Origin: Squalus acanthias
Taxonomy: Eukaryota
Assembly (NCBI GenBank): GCA_030390025.1
Contig: JASTWF010000339.1
Location: forward strand, 372,001-436,000
Direction: 5' to 3'
DNA: 64,000 nucleotides
The notes below the pieces were generated by a model. It was not told where the DNA came from. It saw nothing but the letters and a program-made list of their open reading frames with translations, and did no database searches. Of this stretch, positions 36,946-50,415 are shown one piece after another (positions within the stretch are counted from its first letter, which is position 1; each line of letters starts with the position of its first letter). Position numbers and translations under genes: made by a program.

Positions 36946-39900
36946 TTCTGTTGCTCCAGAACAAAGGCCTCTAGTCACGCCTACGGTCCCAGATGATTCA
37001 TTGGGGCCTGACAAGAGTTTGTGAACAAGAGGCCTGTAAATGAGGTACTTCCTGACAAAACACCAGATGCCAACTTGTTTATCATCCAGGGCACATTGTC
37101 CCACTTCCTATCGCTGTCTTCAGCCCATTGTATTGACAAAGTTGTCGTCAACAGGCAGGGATCTGACATCCTGTACTTCAGCAGGAAGCAAGCAGCACTG
37201 TCGGCTCAATTGTGAACGGATATTATCAAACCCTGAAACATCCTGGGAATGAACAATTTAACCATTTCATCATTTCTAGCCACAGCACAAATCCACAAGT
37301 CAAAAGAAAGCATAAAAACCTTAATCACATGAGATTAAAGCAAAGTCTAATCCTTCATATGTATGAATACACGACGAGGGTATTTTACAGTGTAGAGGGA
37401 GCTTTACTCTGTATCTAACCCGTGCTGTACCTGCCCTGGGAGTGTTTGATGGGACAGTGTAGAGGGAGCTTTACTCTGTATCTAAACCGTGCTGTACCTA
37501 CCCTGGGATTGTTTGATGGGACAGTGTAGAGGGAGCTTTACTCTGTATCTAAACCATGCTGTACCTGCCCTAGTAGTGTTTGATGAGATAGTGTAAAGGT
37601 AGCTTTACTCTGTATGCAACAGCGCTGTACCTTGCCTGGGAGTGTTTGATGGGACAGTGCAGAGGGAGCTTTACTCTCTATCTGACCCGTGATGTACCTG
37701 CCCTGGGAGTGTTTGATGGGACAGTGCAGAGGGAGCTTTACTCTGTATCTAACCAGTGCTGTACCTGCCCTGGCAGTGTTTGATGGGACAGTGTAGAGGG
37801 AGCTTTACTCTGTATCTAACCCGTGCTGTACCTGCCCTGTGAATGATTGATGTGACAGTGTAGAGGGAGCTTTACTCTGTGTCTAACCCGTGCTGTACCT
37901 GCCCTGTGAGTTTTTGATGGGACAGTATAGAGCGAGCTTTACTCTGTATCTAACCCATGCAGGACCTGCCCTGCGAGTGTTTGATGGGACAGTATAGAGG
38001 GAGCTTTACTCTGTACCTAAACCATGCTGTACGTGCCCTAGGAGTGTTTGATGGGATAGTGTAAAGGGAGCTTCACTCTGTATCTAACCCGCGCTGCACC
38101 TTCCCTGGGAGTGTTTGATGGGACAGTGTAGAGGGAGCTTTACTCTGTATCTAAACCATGCTGTACCTGCCCTAGTAGTGTTTTATGAGATAGTGTAAAG
38201 GTAGCTTTACTCTGTATGTAACTGCGCTGTACCATGCCTGGGACTGTTTGATGGGACCGTGTAGAGGGAGCTTTACTCTGTATCTAACACGTACTGTACC
38301 TGCCCTGAGAGTTTTTGATGCAACAGTGTAGAGGGAGCTTTACTCTGTATCGAACCAGTGCTGTACCTGCCCTGGCAGTGTTTGATGGGAAAGTGTAGAG
38401 GGAGTTTTATTCTGTATCTAACCTGTGCTTTTCCTGCCCTGGGAGTGTTTGATGGGACAGTGTAGAGGGAGCTATACTCTGTATCTAACCCGTGCTGCAC
38501 CTGCCCTGAGAGTGTTTGATGGGACAGTAGAGAGAGCTTTACTCTGTATCGAACCAGTGCTGTACCTGCCCGGGGAGTGTTTGATGGGAGATTGTGTAGA
38601 GGGAGCTTTACTCTGTGTCTAACCCGTGCTGTACCTGCCCTGGGAGTTTTTGATGGGATAGTAGAGGGATCTTTACTCTGTATCTAACCTGTGCTGTACC
38701 TGCCCTGGGAGTGTTTGATGGGACTGTGTAGAGGGAGCTTTACTTTGTATCTAACCCGTGCTGAACCTGCCCTGAGAGTGTTTGATGGGACAGTAGAGGG
38801 AGCTTTACTCTGTATTTAACCCGTCCTGTACCTACCCTGTGAGTGTTTCATGGGACAGTGTAGTGGGAGCTGTACTCTGTATCCAATCCGTGCTGTACCA
38901 GCCCTGGGAGTTTTTGATGCAACAGTGTAGAGGGAGCTTTACTCTGTATCGAACCAGTGCTGTACCTGCCCTGGCAGTGTTTGATGGGAAAGTGTAGAGG
39001 GAGTTTTATTCTGTATCTAACCTGTGCTTTTCCTGCCCTGGGAGTGTTTGATGGGACAGTGTAGAGGGAGCTATACTCTGTATCTAACCCGTGCTGCACC
39101 TGCCCTGAGAGTGTTTGATGGGACAGTAGAGAGAGCTTTACTCTGTATCTAACCCGTGCTGTACCTACCCTGGGATTGTTTGATGGGACAGTGTAGAGGG
39201 AGCTTTACTCTGTATCTAAACCATGCTGTACCTGCCCTAGTAGTGTTTGATGAGATAGTGTAAAGGTAGCTTTACTCTGTATGCAACTGCGCTGTACCTT
39301 GCCTGGGAGTGTTTGATGGGACAGTGTAGAGGGAGCTTTACTCTCTATCTGACCCGTGATGTACCTGCCCTGGCAGTGTTTGATGGGACAGTGTCGAGGG
39401 AGCTTTAATTTGTATCTAACCTGTGCTGTACCTGCTCTGGGAGAGTTTGATGGGACAGTGCAGAGGGAGTTTTACTCTGTATCTAACCCATGCTTTTCCT
39501 GCCCTTGGAGTGTTTGATGGGACAGTGTAGACAGAGCTTTACTCTGTATCTAACCTGTGCTGTACCTGCCCTGGGAGTGTTTGATGGGACAGTGTAGAGG
39601 GAGATTTACTCTGCATCTAACCCGTGCTGTACCTGCCCTGGGAGTGTTTGATGGGACAGTGTAGAGGGAGCTTTTTACTCTGTATCTAACCTGTGCTGTA
39701 CCTGCCCTGGGAGTATTTGATGGGACAGTGTAGAGGGAGCTTTACTCTGTATTTAACCCGTGCTGTACCTGCTCTGGGAGGGTTTGATGGGACAGTAGAG
39801 GGATCTTTACTCTGTATCTAACCTGTGCTGTACCTGCCCTGGGAGTGTTTGATGGGACAGTGTAGAGGGAGCTTTACTCAGTATTTAACCCGTGCTTTAA

Positions 39901-41482
39901 CTGCCCTGGGAGAGTTTGATGGGACAGTGTAGAGCGAGCTTTACTCTGTATGTAACCCGCGCTGTACCTTCCCTGGGAGTGTTTGATGGGACAGTGTAGA
40001 GGGAGCTTTACTCTGTATCTAACCCGTGCTGAGCCTGCCCTGGGAGTGTTTGATGGGACAGTGTAGAGGGAGCTTTACTCTGTATGTAACCTGTGCTGTA
40101 CCTGCCCTGGGAGTGTTTGCTGGGACAGTGTAGAGGGAGCTTTTCTCTGAATCTAACCCGTGCTGTACCTACCCTGGGAGTGATTGATGGGAATGTGTAG
40201 AGGGGGCTTTACTCTGTATCTAAACCATGCTGTACCTGCACTGGGAGTGTTTGATGGGACAGTGTAGAGTCAGCGTTACTCTGTATTTAACCCCTGCTGT
40301 ACCTGCCCTGGGAGTGTTTGATGGGACTGTGTAGAGGGAGCTTTACTCTGTATCTAACACGTACTGTACCTGCCCTGGGAGTTTTTGATGCAACAGTGTA
40401 GAGGGAGCTTTACTCTGTATCTAACCAGTGATGTACCTGCCCTGGCAGTGTTTGATGGGACAGTGTGGAGGGAGCTTTACTCTGTATCTAACCAGTGCTG
40501 TACCTGCCCTGGGAGTGTTTGATGGGACAGTGTAGAGGGAGCTTTACTCTGTATATAACCCGTACTATACCTGCTCCAGGAGTGTTTGATTGCACAGTGT
40601 AGAGCAAGCTTTACACTGTATCTAACCCGTGCTGTACCTGCCCTGGGAGTGTTTGATGGGACAGTGTAGAGGGAGCTTTCCTCTGTATCTAACCAGTGCT
40701 GTACCTGCTCTGCGAGAGTTTGATGGGACAGTGCAGAGGGGGTTTTACTCTGTATCTACCCCGTGCTGTACCTGCCCGGGGAGTGTTTGATGGGACAGTT
40801 TCGAGCGAGTTTTACAATGTATCTACCCCGTGCTGTACCTGCCCTGGGAGTGTTTGATGGGATCTTGTCGATGGAGTTTTACTCTGTATCTAACCTGTGC
40901 TGTACCTGCCCTGGGAGTGTTTGATGGGAGAATGTAGAGGGAGTTTTACTCTGTATCTAACCAGTGCTGTACCTGCCCTGTGAATGTTTGATGGGGCAGT
41001 GTAGTGGGAGCTTTACTCTGTATCTAACCCATGCTGTACCTGCCCTGGGAGTGTTTGATGGGACAGTGTGGTGGGAGCTTTACTCTGTATCTAACCTGTG
41101 CTGTACCTGCTCTGGGAGAGTTTGATGGGACAGTGCAGAGGGAGTTTTACTCTGTATCTAACCCATGCTTTTCCTGCCCTTGGAGTGTTTGATGGGATTG
41201 TGTCGATGGAGCTTTATTCTGTATCTAAGCTGTGCTGTACCTGCTCTGGGAGAGTTTGATGGGACAGTGCAGAGGGCGTTTTACTCTGTATCTAACCCAT
41301 GCTTTTCCTGCCCTTGGAGTGTTTGATGGGACAGTGTAGAGGGAGCTTTAAATCGGTATCTAACCCGTGCTGTACCTGCCCTGGGAGTGTTTGATGGGAC
41401 AATGTAGAGGGAGCTTTACTCTGTATCTAACCAGTGCTGTACCTGCCCTGGCAGTGTTTGATGGGACAGTGTAGAGGGAGCT

Positions 41483-42686
41483 GGCATGGGTGGAGGATTG
41501 GTTATCTAACAGGAAGCAGAGAGTTGGGATAAATGGTTCATTCTCGGACTGGCAACCAGTAGCCAGTGGTGTTCCGCAGGGGTCGGTGCTGGGTCCCCAA
41601 CTCTTTACAATTTGTATTAACGATTTGGAGGAGGGGACCGAGTGTAACATATCAAAGTTTGCAGATGATACAAAGATGGGAGGGAAAGTAGAGAGTGAGG
41701 AGGACATAAAAAACCTACAAGGGGATATAGACAGGCTGGGTGAGTGGGCAGAGATTTCGCAGATGCAATACAATATTGGAAAATATGAGGTTCTGCACTT
41801 TGGCAGGAAAAATCAGAGAGCAAGTTATTATCTTAATGGCGAGAAACTGGAAAGTACTGCAGTACAAAGGGATCTGGGGGTCTTGGTGCAAGAAAATCAA
41901 AAAGTTAGTGTGCAGGTGCAGCAGGTGATCAAGAAAGCCAATGGAATATTGGCTTTTATTGCTAGGGGGATAGAATATAAAAACAGGGAGGTATTGCTGC
42001 AGTTGTATAGGGTATTGGTGAGACCGCACCTGGAGTACTGCATACAGTTTTGGTGTCCATACTTAAGAAAAGACATACTTGCTCTCGAGGCAGTACAAAG
42101 AAGGTTCACTCGGTTAATTCCGGGGATGAGGGGGTGGACATACGAGGAGAGGTTGAGTAGATTGGGACTCTACTCATTGGAGTTCAGAAGAATGAGAGGC
42201 GATCTTATTGAAACATATAAGATTGTGAAGGGGCTTGATCGGGTGGACGCGGTGAGGATGTTCCCAATGATGGGTGAAACTAGAACTAGGGGACATAATC
42301 TTAGAATAAGGGGCTCCTCTTTCAAAACTGAGATGAGGAGAAACTTTTTCACTCAGAGGGTAGTGGGTCTGTGGAATTTGCTACCCCAGGAAGCTGTGGA
42401 AGCTACTTCATTAAATAAATTTAAAACAGAAATAGACCGTTTCCTAGAAGTAAAGGGAATCAGGGGTTATGGGGAGCGGGCTGGAAATTGGACATGAGTT
42501 TGAGTTCGGATCGGTCGAGGCCCTGTGGGTGGCGGAGCGGGCCCAGGGGCCGAGTGGCCTGGTCCTGCTCCTACTTCTTGTGCTCTTTAGAGTTGAGGTT
42601 GGATCAGATCAACCATGATCTCATTGAATGGCGGAGCAGGCTCGAGGGGCCAATTGGTCTACTCCTGCTCCTATTTCTTATGTTCT
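41483..42686 (+). mobile_element. Young 5'-truncated CR1 inserted in the satellite
   Basis: Uninterrupted 335-aa RT/C-terminal ORF. Splits a monomer at gggagct|...|tactctgtatc. Tail ttcttatgttct. Confidence 0.95.
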
Positions 42687-44947
42687 TACTCTGTATCTAA
42701 CCAGTGCTGTACCTGCCCTGGCAGTGTTTGATGGGACAGTGTAGAGGGAGCTTTACTCTGTATCTAACCGATGCTGTACCTGCCCTGGGAGAGTTTGATG
42801 GGACAGTGTAGAGGGAGCTTTACTCTGTATATAACCCGTGCTATACCTGCTCCAGGAGTGTTTGATTGCACAGTGTAGAGCGAGCTTTACTCTGTATTTA
42901 ACCCATGCTGTACCTGCCCTGTGAGTGTTTGATTGGACAGTGTAGTGGGAGCTGTACTCTGTATCCAATCCGTGCTGTACCAACCCCGGGAGTGTTTGAT
43001 GGGATAGTATAGAGGGAGCTTTACTCTGTATATAACCCGTGCTATACCTGCTCCAGGTGTGTTTGATTGCATAGTGCAGAGCGAGCTTTACTCTGTTTCT
43101 AACCCGTGCTGTACCTACCCTGGGAGTGTTTGGTGGGACAATGTAAAGGGAGCTTTACTCTGTATCTTACCCGTGCTGTACCTGCCCTGGGAGTGTTTCA
43201 TGGGACAGTGTAGTGGGAGCTTTACTCTGTATCTAACCCGTGCTGTACCTTCCCGGGGAGTGTTTGATGGGAGATTGTGTAGAGGGAGCTTTACTCTGTG
43301 TCTAACCCGTGCTGTACCTGCCCTGGGAGTTTTTGATGGGACAGTATAGAGCGAGCTTTACTCTGTATCTAACCCATGCAGGACCTGCCCTGCGAGTGTT
43401 TGATGGGACAGTATAGAGGGAGCTTTACTCTGTACCTAAGCCATGCTGTACATGCCCTAGGAGTGTTTGATGGGATAGTGTAAAGGGACCTTCACTCTGT
43501 ATGTAACCCGCACTGTACCTTCCCTGGGAGTGTTTGATGGGACAGTGTAGAGGGAGCTTTACTCTGTATCTAACCCGTGCTGTACCTTCCCTGGGAGTGT
43601 TTGATGGGACAGTGTAGAGGGAGCTTTACTCTGTATTTAACCCGTGCTGTACCTGCCCTGGGATTGTTTGATGGGACAGTGTGGAGGGAGGTTTACTCTG
43701 TATCTAAACCATGCTGTACCTGCCCTAGTAGTGTTTTATGAGATAGTGTAAAGGTAGCTTTACTCTGTATCTAACCCGTGCTGTACCTTGCCTGGGAGTG
43801 TTTGATGGGACCATGTAGAGGGAGCTTTACTCTGTATCTAACACGTACTGTACCTGCCCTGGGAGTTTTTGATGCAACAGTGTAGAGGGAGCTTTACTCT
43901 GTATCTAACCAGTGATGTACCTGCCCTGGCAGTGTTTGATGGGACAGTGTGGAGGGAGCTTTACTCTGTATCTAACCAGTGCTGTACCTGCCCTGGGAGT
44001 GTTTGATGTGACAGTGTAGAGGGAGCTTTACTCTGTATATAACCCGTGCTATACCTGCTCCAGGAGTGTTTGATTGCACAGTGTAGAGCGAGCTTTACTC
44101 TGTATCTAACCCGTGCTGTACCTGCCCTGGGAGTGTTTGATGGGACAGTGTAGAGGGAGCTTTCCTCTGTATCTAACCAGTGCTGTACCTGCTCTGCGAG
44201 AGTTTGATGGGACAGTGCAGAGGGGGTTTTACTCTGTATCTACCCCGTGCTGTACCTGCCCGGGGAGTGTTTGATGGGACAGTATAGAGCGAGTTTTACT
44301 ATGTATCTACCCCGTGCTGTACCTGCCCTGGGAGTGTTTGATGGGATCTTGTCGATGGAGTTTTACTCTGTATCTAACCAGTGCTGTACCTGCCCTGTGA
44401 ATGTTTGATGGGGCAGTGTAGTGGGAGCTTTACTCTGTATCTAACCTGTGCTGTACCTGCTCTGGGAGAGTTTGATGGGACAGTGCAGAGGGAGTTTTAC
44501 TCTGTATCTAACCCATGCTTTTCCTGCCCTTGGAGTGTTTGATGGGACAGTGTAGAGAGAGCTTTACTCTGTATCTAACCTATGCTGTACCTGCCCTGTG
44601 AGTGTTTGATGGGACAGTGCAGAGGGAGCTTTAAATCGGTATCTAACCCGTGCTGTCCCTGCCCTGGGAGTGTTTGATGGGACAGTGTAGAGGGAGCTTT
44701 ACTCTGTATCTAACCCGTGCTGTACCTATCCTGGGAGTGTTTGATGGGACAGTGTAAAGGGAGCTTTACTCTGTATGTATCCCACGCTGTTCCTTCCCTG
44801 GGAGTGTTTGCTGGGACAGTGTAGAGGGAGCTTTGCTCTATATCTCAACCATGCTGTACCTGCCCTAGTAGTGTTTTATGAGATAGTGTAAAGGTAGCTT
44901 TACTCTGTATGCAACTGCGCTGTACCTTGCCTGGGAGTGTTTGATGG

Positions 44948-47171
44948 AATTGAGAGGTCGCACAACACCAGGTTATAGTCCAACAGTTTTAATTGAAATC
45001 ACAAGCTTTCGGAGCTATCGATTGCTCCTTCCTCAGGTGAAGTAAATTAGATACAGAATTGCCAAAGCATATATAGATAGAAAACAAAGCATGTGTACCT
45101 TACAATTGCAGACCACTAAATTAAATCATCCTGACTATCTGCCGAGGTGTGATAAAGTTAATTAAGTCAGCCAGGAAGGTACCACATCAAAGACATAGCA
45201 AGATACAACTGAGACAATGAGGTGTAGTCGCAGGGGTTCTAATGTGTCAAAAGCTGCCGTCTGTATGTAAAACGAAAAGCTTTAAAATTTTTACTTTTTT
45301 ACTGGGAAAATTTTTACTTTTTTACTGGGAATCACATCTGTGAACAAGCTAACGACGACTCGAGTCCGGATCACGTCATGTATCGTGACATCAACCCAAG
45401 ATCCCGATTGAGACCGTCTTCATGAGTGCGGAACTTGGCTATCAGTTTCTGCTCGATGATTTTGCGTTGTCGTGTGTTTCTAAGGTTGCCTTGGAGAACG
45501 CTTACCCGCAGATCCGAGGCTGAATGTCCTTGACTGCTGAAGTGTTCCCCGACTGGGAGGTAACAATCCTGCCTGGCGATTGTTGCGCGGTGCTCATTCA
45601 TACGTTGTTTCAGTGTCTGCATGGTCTCGCCGATATACCATGCCGCGGTGCATTCTTTCCTGCAACGTATGAGGTAGACAACGTTGGCCGAGTCACATGA
45701 GTATGTACCATGTACCTGGTGGGTAGTGTCCTCACGTGTGATGGTGGTATCTGTGTTGATGATCTGGCATGTCTTGCAGAGTTTGCCATGGCAGGGTTGT
45801 GTGGTGTCGTGGTCGCTGTTATCCTGAAAGCTGGGTAATTTGCTGCAAACGATGGTACTTCTGAGGTTAGGCGGCTGTTTGAAGGCAAGTAGTGGAGGCG
45901 TGGGGATGGCCTTAGCGAGGTGTTTGTCGTCATCGATGACATGTTGAAGGCTGCGAAGAACATGGCGTAGTTTCATCGCTCCGGGGAAGTACTGGACGAC
46001 GTAGGGTACCCTGTTGGTTGTGTCCCGTGTTTGCCTTCTGAGGAGGTCTATGCGATTTTTCGCTGTGGCCCGTCGGAACTGTCGATCGATGAGTCGAGCG
46101 TCATATCCCGTTCTTACGAGGGCGTTTTTCAGCGTCCGTAGGTGTCCATCGCGTTCCTCCTCGTCTGAGCAGATCCTGTGTATTCGCAGGGCTTGTCCAT
46201 AGGGGATGGCTTCCTTAACATGGTTAGGGTGGAAGCTGGAGAAGTGGAGCATCGTGAGGTTGTCCGTGGGCTTGCGGTAGAGTGAAGTGCTGAGGTGTCC
46301 GTCTTTGATGGAGATTCGTGTGTCCAGGAATGAGACCGATTCTGAGGAGTAGTCCATGGTGAGTTTGATGGTGGGATGGAACTTGTTTATGTTATCGTGT
46401 AGTCTTTTCAGTGATCCTTCGCCATGGGTCCAAAGGAAGAAAATGTCGTCGATGTATCTGGTGTACAGCGTTGGCTGGAGGTCCTGTGCAGCGAAGAAGT
46501 CTTGCTCGAACTTGTGCATGAAGATGTTGGCGTATTGGGGTGCGAATTTGGTCCCCATGGCTGTTCCGTGTGTTTGGGTAAAAAAATGGTTGTCGAAGGT
46601 GAAGACATTGTGGTCAAGGATGAAGCGGATGAGTTGTAAGATGGCGTCTGGAGATTGGCTGTTGTTGATGTTGAGTACTGAGGCTGTTGCAGCGATGCCG
46701 TCATCGGGGGGATACTGGTGTAGAGTGCCGATACGTCCATCGTGGCAAGAAGTGTTCCTGGTTCAACTGGTCCGTGGGTGCTGAGTTTCTGTAAGAAGTC
46801 TGTAGTGTCGCGACAGAAGCTGGGGGTTCCCTGTACGATGGGTTTCAGAATGCCCTCGACGTATCCAGAGAGGTTCTCACACAGGGTTCCATTGCCTGAT
46901 ACGATAGGACGTCCGGGTGTGTTGGCTTTGTGTATCTTTGGGAGGCAGTAGAAGTCTCCCACGCGGGGAGTACGTGGGATGAGAGCGCGTAGGATGTTTT
47001 GAAGGTCTGGATCGAAGGTCTTGATCAGTCTATTGAGTTGGCGGGTGTGTTCTTTGGTCGGATCTGCGGGTAGCTGTCTGTAGTGTTCCTGGTTGTCCAG
47101 TTGTCGGTATGCTTCTTTACAATAGTCCGTTCTGTTCTGTATGACGATGGCTCCTCCTTTGTCCGCTGGTT
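44948..47171 (-). mobile_element. Penelope-like element (Neptune type) copy 1, 5'-truncated, 1-bp frameshift
   Basis: RT (KPADKGG, LPKIHK, GTAMG, RYIDD), CHGKLCKTC linker, GIY-YIG (NVVYLIRC...YIGET). TSD tttgatgg. Confidence 0.95.
44999..45040 (-). ncRNA. Minimal hammerhead ribozyme in pLTR, copy 1
   Basis: Minus strand tcac-CTGAGGA-a-GGAGC aatcgata GCTCC-GAAA-gctt-gtga. Confidence 0.8.
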
Positions 47172-50043
47172 TTTGATGGGACAGTGTAGAGGGAGCTTAA
47201 CTCTGTATCTAAACCATGCTGTACCTGCCCTAGTAGTGTTTTATGAGATAGTGTAAAGGTAGCTTTACTCTGTATGTAACTGCGCTGTACCTTGCCTGGA
47301 AGTGTTTGATGGTACCGTGTAGAGGGAGCTTTCCTCTGTATCTCACCTGTGCTGCACCTGCCCTGGGAGTGTTTGATGGGACAGTGTAGAGGGAGCTTTA
47401 CTCTGTATCTAACCAGTGCTGTACCTGCCCTGGGAGTGTTTGATGGGACAGTGGAGAGGGAGCTTTACTCTGTATCTAACACGTCCTGTACCTGCCCTGT
47501 GAGTGTTTGATGGGACAGTGTAGTGGGAGCTGTACTCTGTATCCAATCCGTGCTGTACCAGCCCCGGGAGTGTTTGATGGGACAGTGTAGTGGGAGCTTT
47601 ACTCTGTATCTAACCCGTGCTGTACCTTCCCGGGGTTTGATGGGAGATTGTGTAAAGGGAGCTTCACTCTGTATGTAACCCGCGCTGTACCTTCCCTGGG
47701 AGTGTTTGATGGGACAGTGTAGAGGGAGCTTTACTCTGTATCTGACCCGTGCTGTACCTGCCCTGGGAGTGTTTGATGGGACAGTGCAGAGGGAGCTTTA
47801 CTCTGTATCTAACCCGTGCTGTACCTTGCCTTGGACTGTTTGATGGGACGGTGTAGAGGGAGCTTTACTCTGTATCTAACCAGCGCTGTACCTGCCCTGG
47901 GAGTGTTTGATGGGACAGTGTAGAGGGAGCTTTACTCTGTATCTAACCAGTGATGTACCTGCCCTGGCAGTGTTTGATGGGACAGTGTGGAGGGAGCTTT
48001 ACTCTGTATCTAACCAGTGCTGTACCTGCCCTGGGAGTGTTTGATGGGACAGTGTAGTGGGAGCTTTACTCTGTATCTAACCCGTGCTGTACCTTCCCGG
48101 GGAGTGTTTGATGGGAGATTGTGTAGAGGGAGCTTTACTCTGTGTCTAACCCGTGCTGTACCTGCCCTGGGAGTTTTTGATGGGACAGTATAGAGCCAGC
48201 TTTACTCTGTATCTAACCCATGCAGGACCTGCCCTGCGAGTGTTTGATGGGACAGTATAGAGGGAGCTTTACTCTGTACCTAAGCCATGCTGTACATGCC
48301 CTAGGAGTGTTTGATGGGATAGTGTAAAGGGACCTTCACTCTGTATGTAACCCGCACTGTACCTTCCCTGGGAGTGTTTGATGGGACAGTGTAGAGGGAG
48401 CTTTACTCTGTATCTAACCCGTGCTGTACCTTCCCTGGGAGTGTTTGATGGGACAGTGTAGAGGGAGCTTTACTCTGTATTTAACCCGTGCTGTACCTGC
48501 CCTGGGATTGTTTGATGGGACAGTGTGGAGGGAGGTTTACTCTGTATCTAAACCATGCTGTACCTGCCCTAGTAGTGTTTTATGAGATAGTGTAAAGGTA
48601 GCTTTACTCTGTATCTAACCCGTGCTGTACCTTGCCTGGGAGTGTTTGATGGGACCATGTAGAGGGAGCTTTACTCTGTATCTAACACGTACTGTACCTG
48701 CCCTGGGAGTTTTTGATGCAACAGTGTAGAGGGAGCTTTACTCTGTATCTAACCAGTGATGTACCTGCCCTGGCAGTGTTTGATGGGACAGTGTGGAGGG
48801 AGCTTTACTCTGTATCTAACCAGTGCTGTACCTGCCCTGGGAGTGTTTGATGGGACAGTGTAGAGGGAGCTTTACTCTGTATATAACCCGTGCTATACCT
48901 GCTCCAGGAGTGTTTGATTGCACAGTGTAGAGCGAGCTTTACTCTGTATCTAACCCGTGCTGTACCTGCCCTGGGAGTGTTTGATGGGACAGTGTAGAGG
49001 GAGCTTTCCTCTGTATCTAACCAGTGCTGTACCTGCTCTGCGAGAGTTTGATGGGACAGTGCAGAGGGGGTTTTACTCTGTATCTACCCCGTGCTGTACC
49101 TGCCCGGGGAGTGTTTGATGGGACAGTATAGAGCGAGTTTTACTATGTATCTACCCCGTGCTGTACCTGCCCTGGGAGTGTTTGATGGGATCTTGTCGAT
49201 GGAGTTTTACTCTGTATCTAACCTGTGCTGTACCTGCCCTGGGAGTGTTTGATGGGAGAATGTAGAGGGAGTTTTACTCTGTATCTAACCAGTGTTGTAC
49301 CTGCCCTCTGAATGTTTGATGGGGCAGTGTAGTGGGAGCTTTACTCTGTATCTAACCTGTGCTGTACCTGCTCTGGGAGAGTTTGATGGGACAGTGCAGA
49401 GGGAGTTTTACTCTGTATCTAACCCATGCTTTTCCTGCCCTTGGAGTGTTTGATGGGATTGTGTCGATGGAGCTTTACTCTGTATCTAAGCTGTGCTGTA
49501 CCTGCTCTGGGAGAGTTTGATGGGACAGTGCAGAGGGAGTTTTACTCTGTATCTAACCCATGCTTTTCCTGCCCTTGGAGTGTTTGATGGGACAGTGTAG
49601 AGAGAGCTTTACTCTGTATCTAACCTATGCTGTACCTGCCCTGTGAGTGTTTGATGGGACAGTGCAGAGGGAGCTTTAAATCGGTATCTAACCCGTGCTG
49701 TCCCTGCCCTGGGAGTGTTTGATGGGACAGTGTAGAGGGAGCTTTACTCTGTATCTAACCCGTGCTGTACCTATCCTGGGAGTGTTTGATGGGACAGTGT
49801 AAAGGGAGCTTTACTCTGTATGTATCCCACGCTGTTCCTTCCCTGGGAGTGTTTGCTGGGACAGTGTAGAGGGTGCTTTGCTCTATATCTCAACCATGCT
49901 GTACCTACCCTAGTAGTGTTTTATGAGATAGTGTAAAGGTAGCTTTACTCTGTATGCAACTGCGCTGTACCTTGCCTGGGAGTGTTTGATGGAATTGAGA
50001 GGTCGCACAACACCAGGTTATAGTCCAACAGTTTTAATTGAAA

Positions 50044-50085
50044 TCACAAGCTTTCGGAGCTATCGATTGCTCCTTCCTCAGGTGA
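50044..50085 (-). ncRNA. Minimal hammerhead ribozyme in pLTR, copy 2
   Basis: Identical to 44999-45040. Confidence 0.8.
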
Positions 50086-50415
50086 AGTAAATTAGATACA
50101 GAATTGCCAAAGCATATATAGATAGAAAACAAAGCATGTGTACCTTCCAATTGCAGACCACTAAATTAAATCATCCTGACTATCTGCCGAGGTGTGATAA
50201 AGTTAATTAAGTCAGCCAGGAAGGTACCACATCAAAGACATAGCAAGATACAACTGAGACAATGAGGTGTAGTCGCAGGGGTTCTAACGTGTCAAAAGCT
50301 GCCGTCTGTATGTAAAACGAAAAGCTTTAAAATTTTTACTTTTTTACTGGGAAAATTTTTACTTTTTTACTGGGAATCACATCTGTGAACAAGCTAACGA
50401 CGACTCGAGTCCGGA

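Noticed and set aside
37387..37460. Twister-ribozyme resemblance of the satellite monomer (CUAAC..UGC, GCCC, GAGGG)
   Set aside because: The P4 stem and the CAAGC loop residues cannot be formed; the similarity is superficial.
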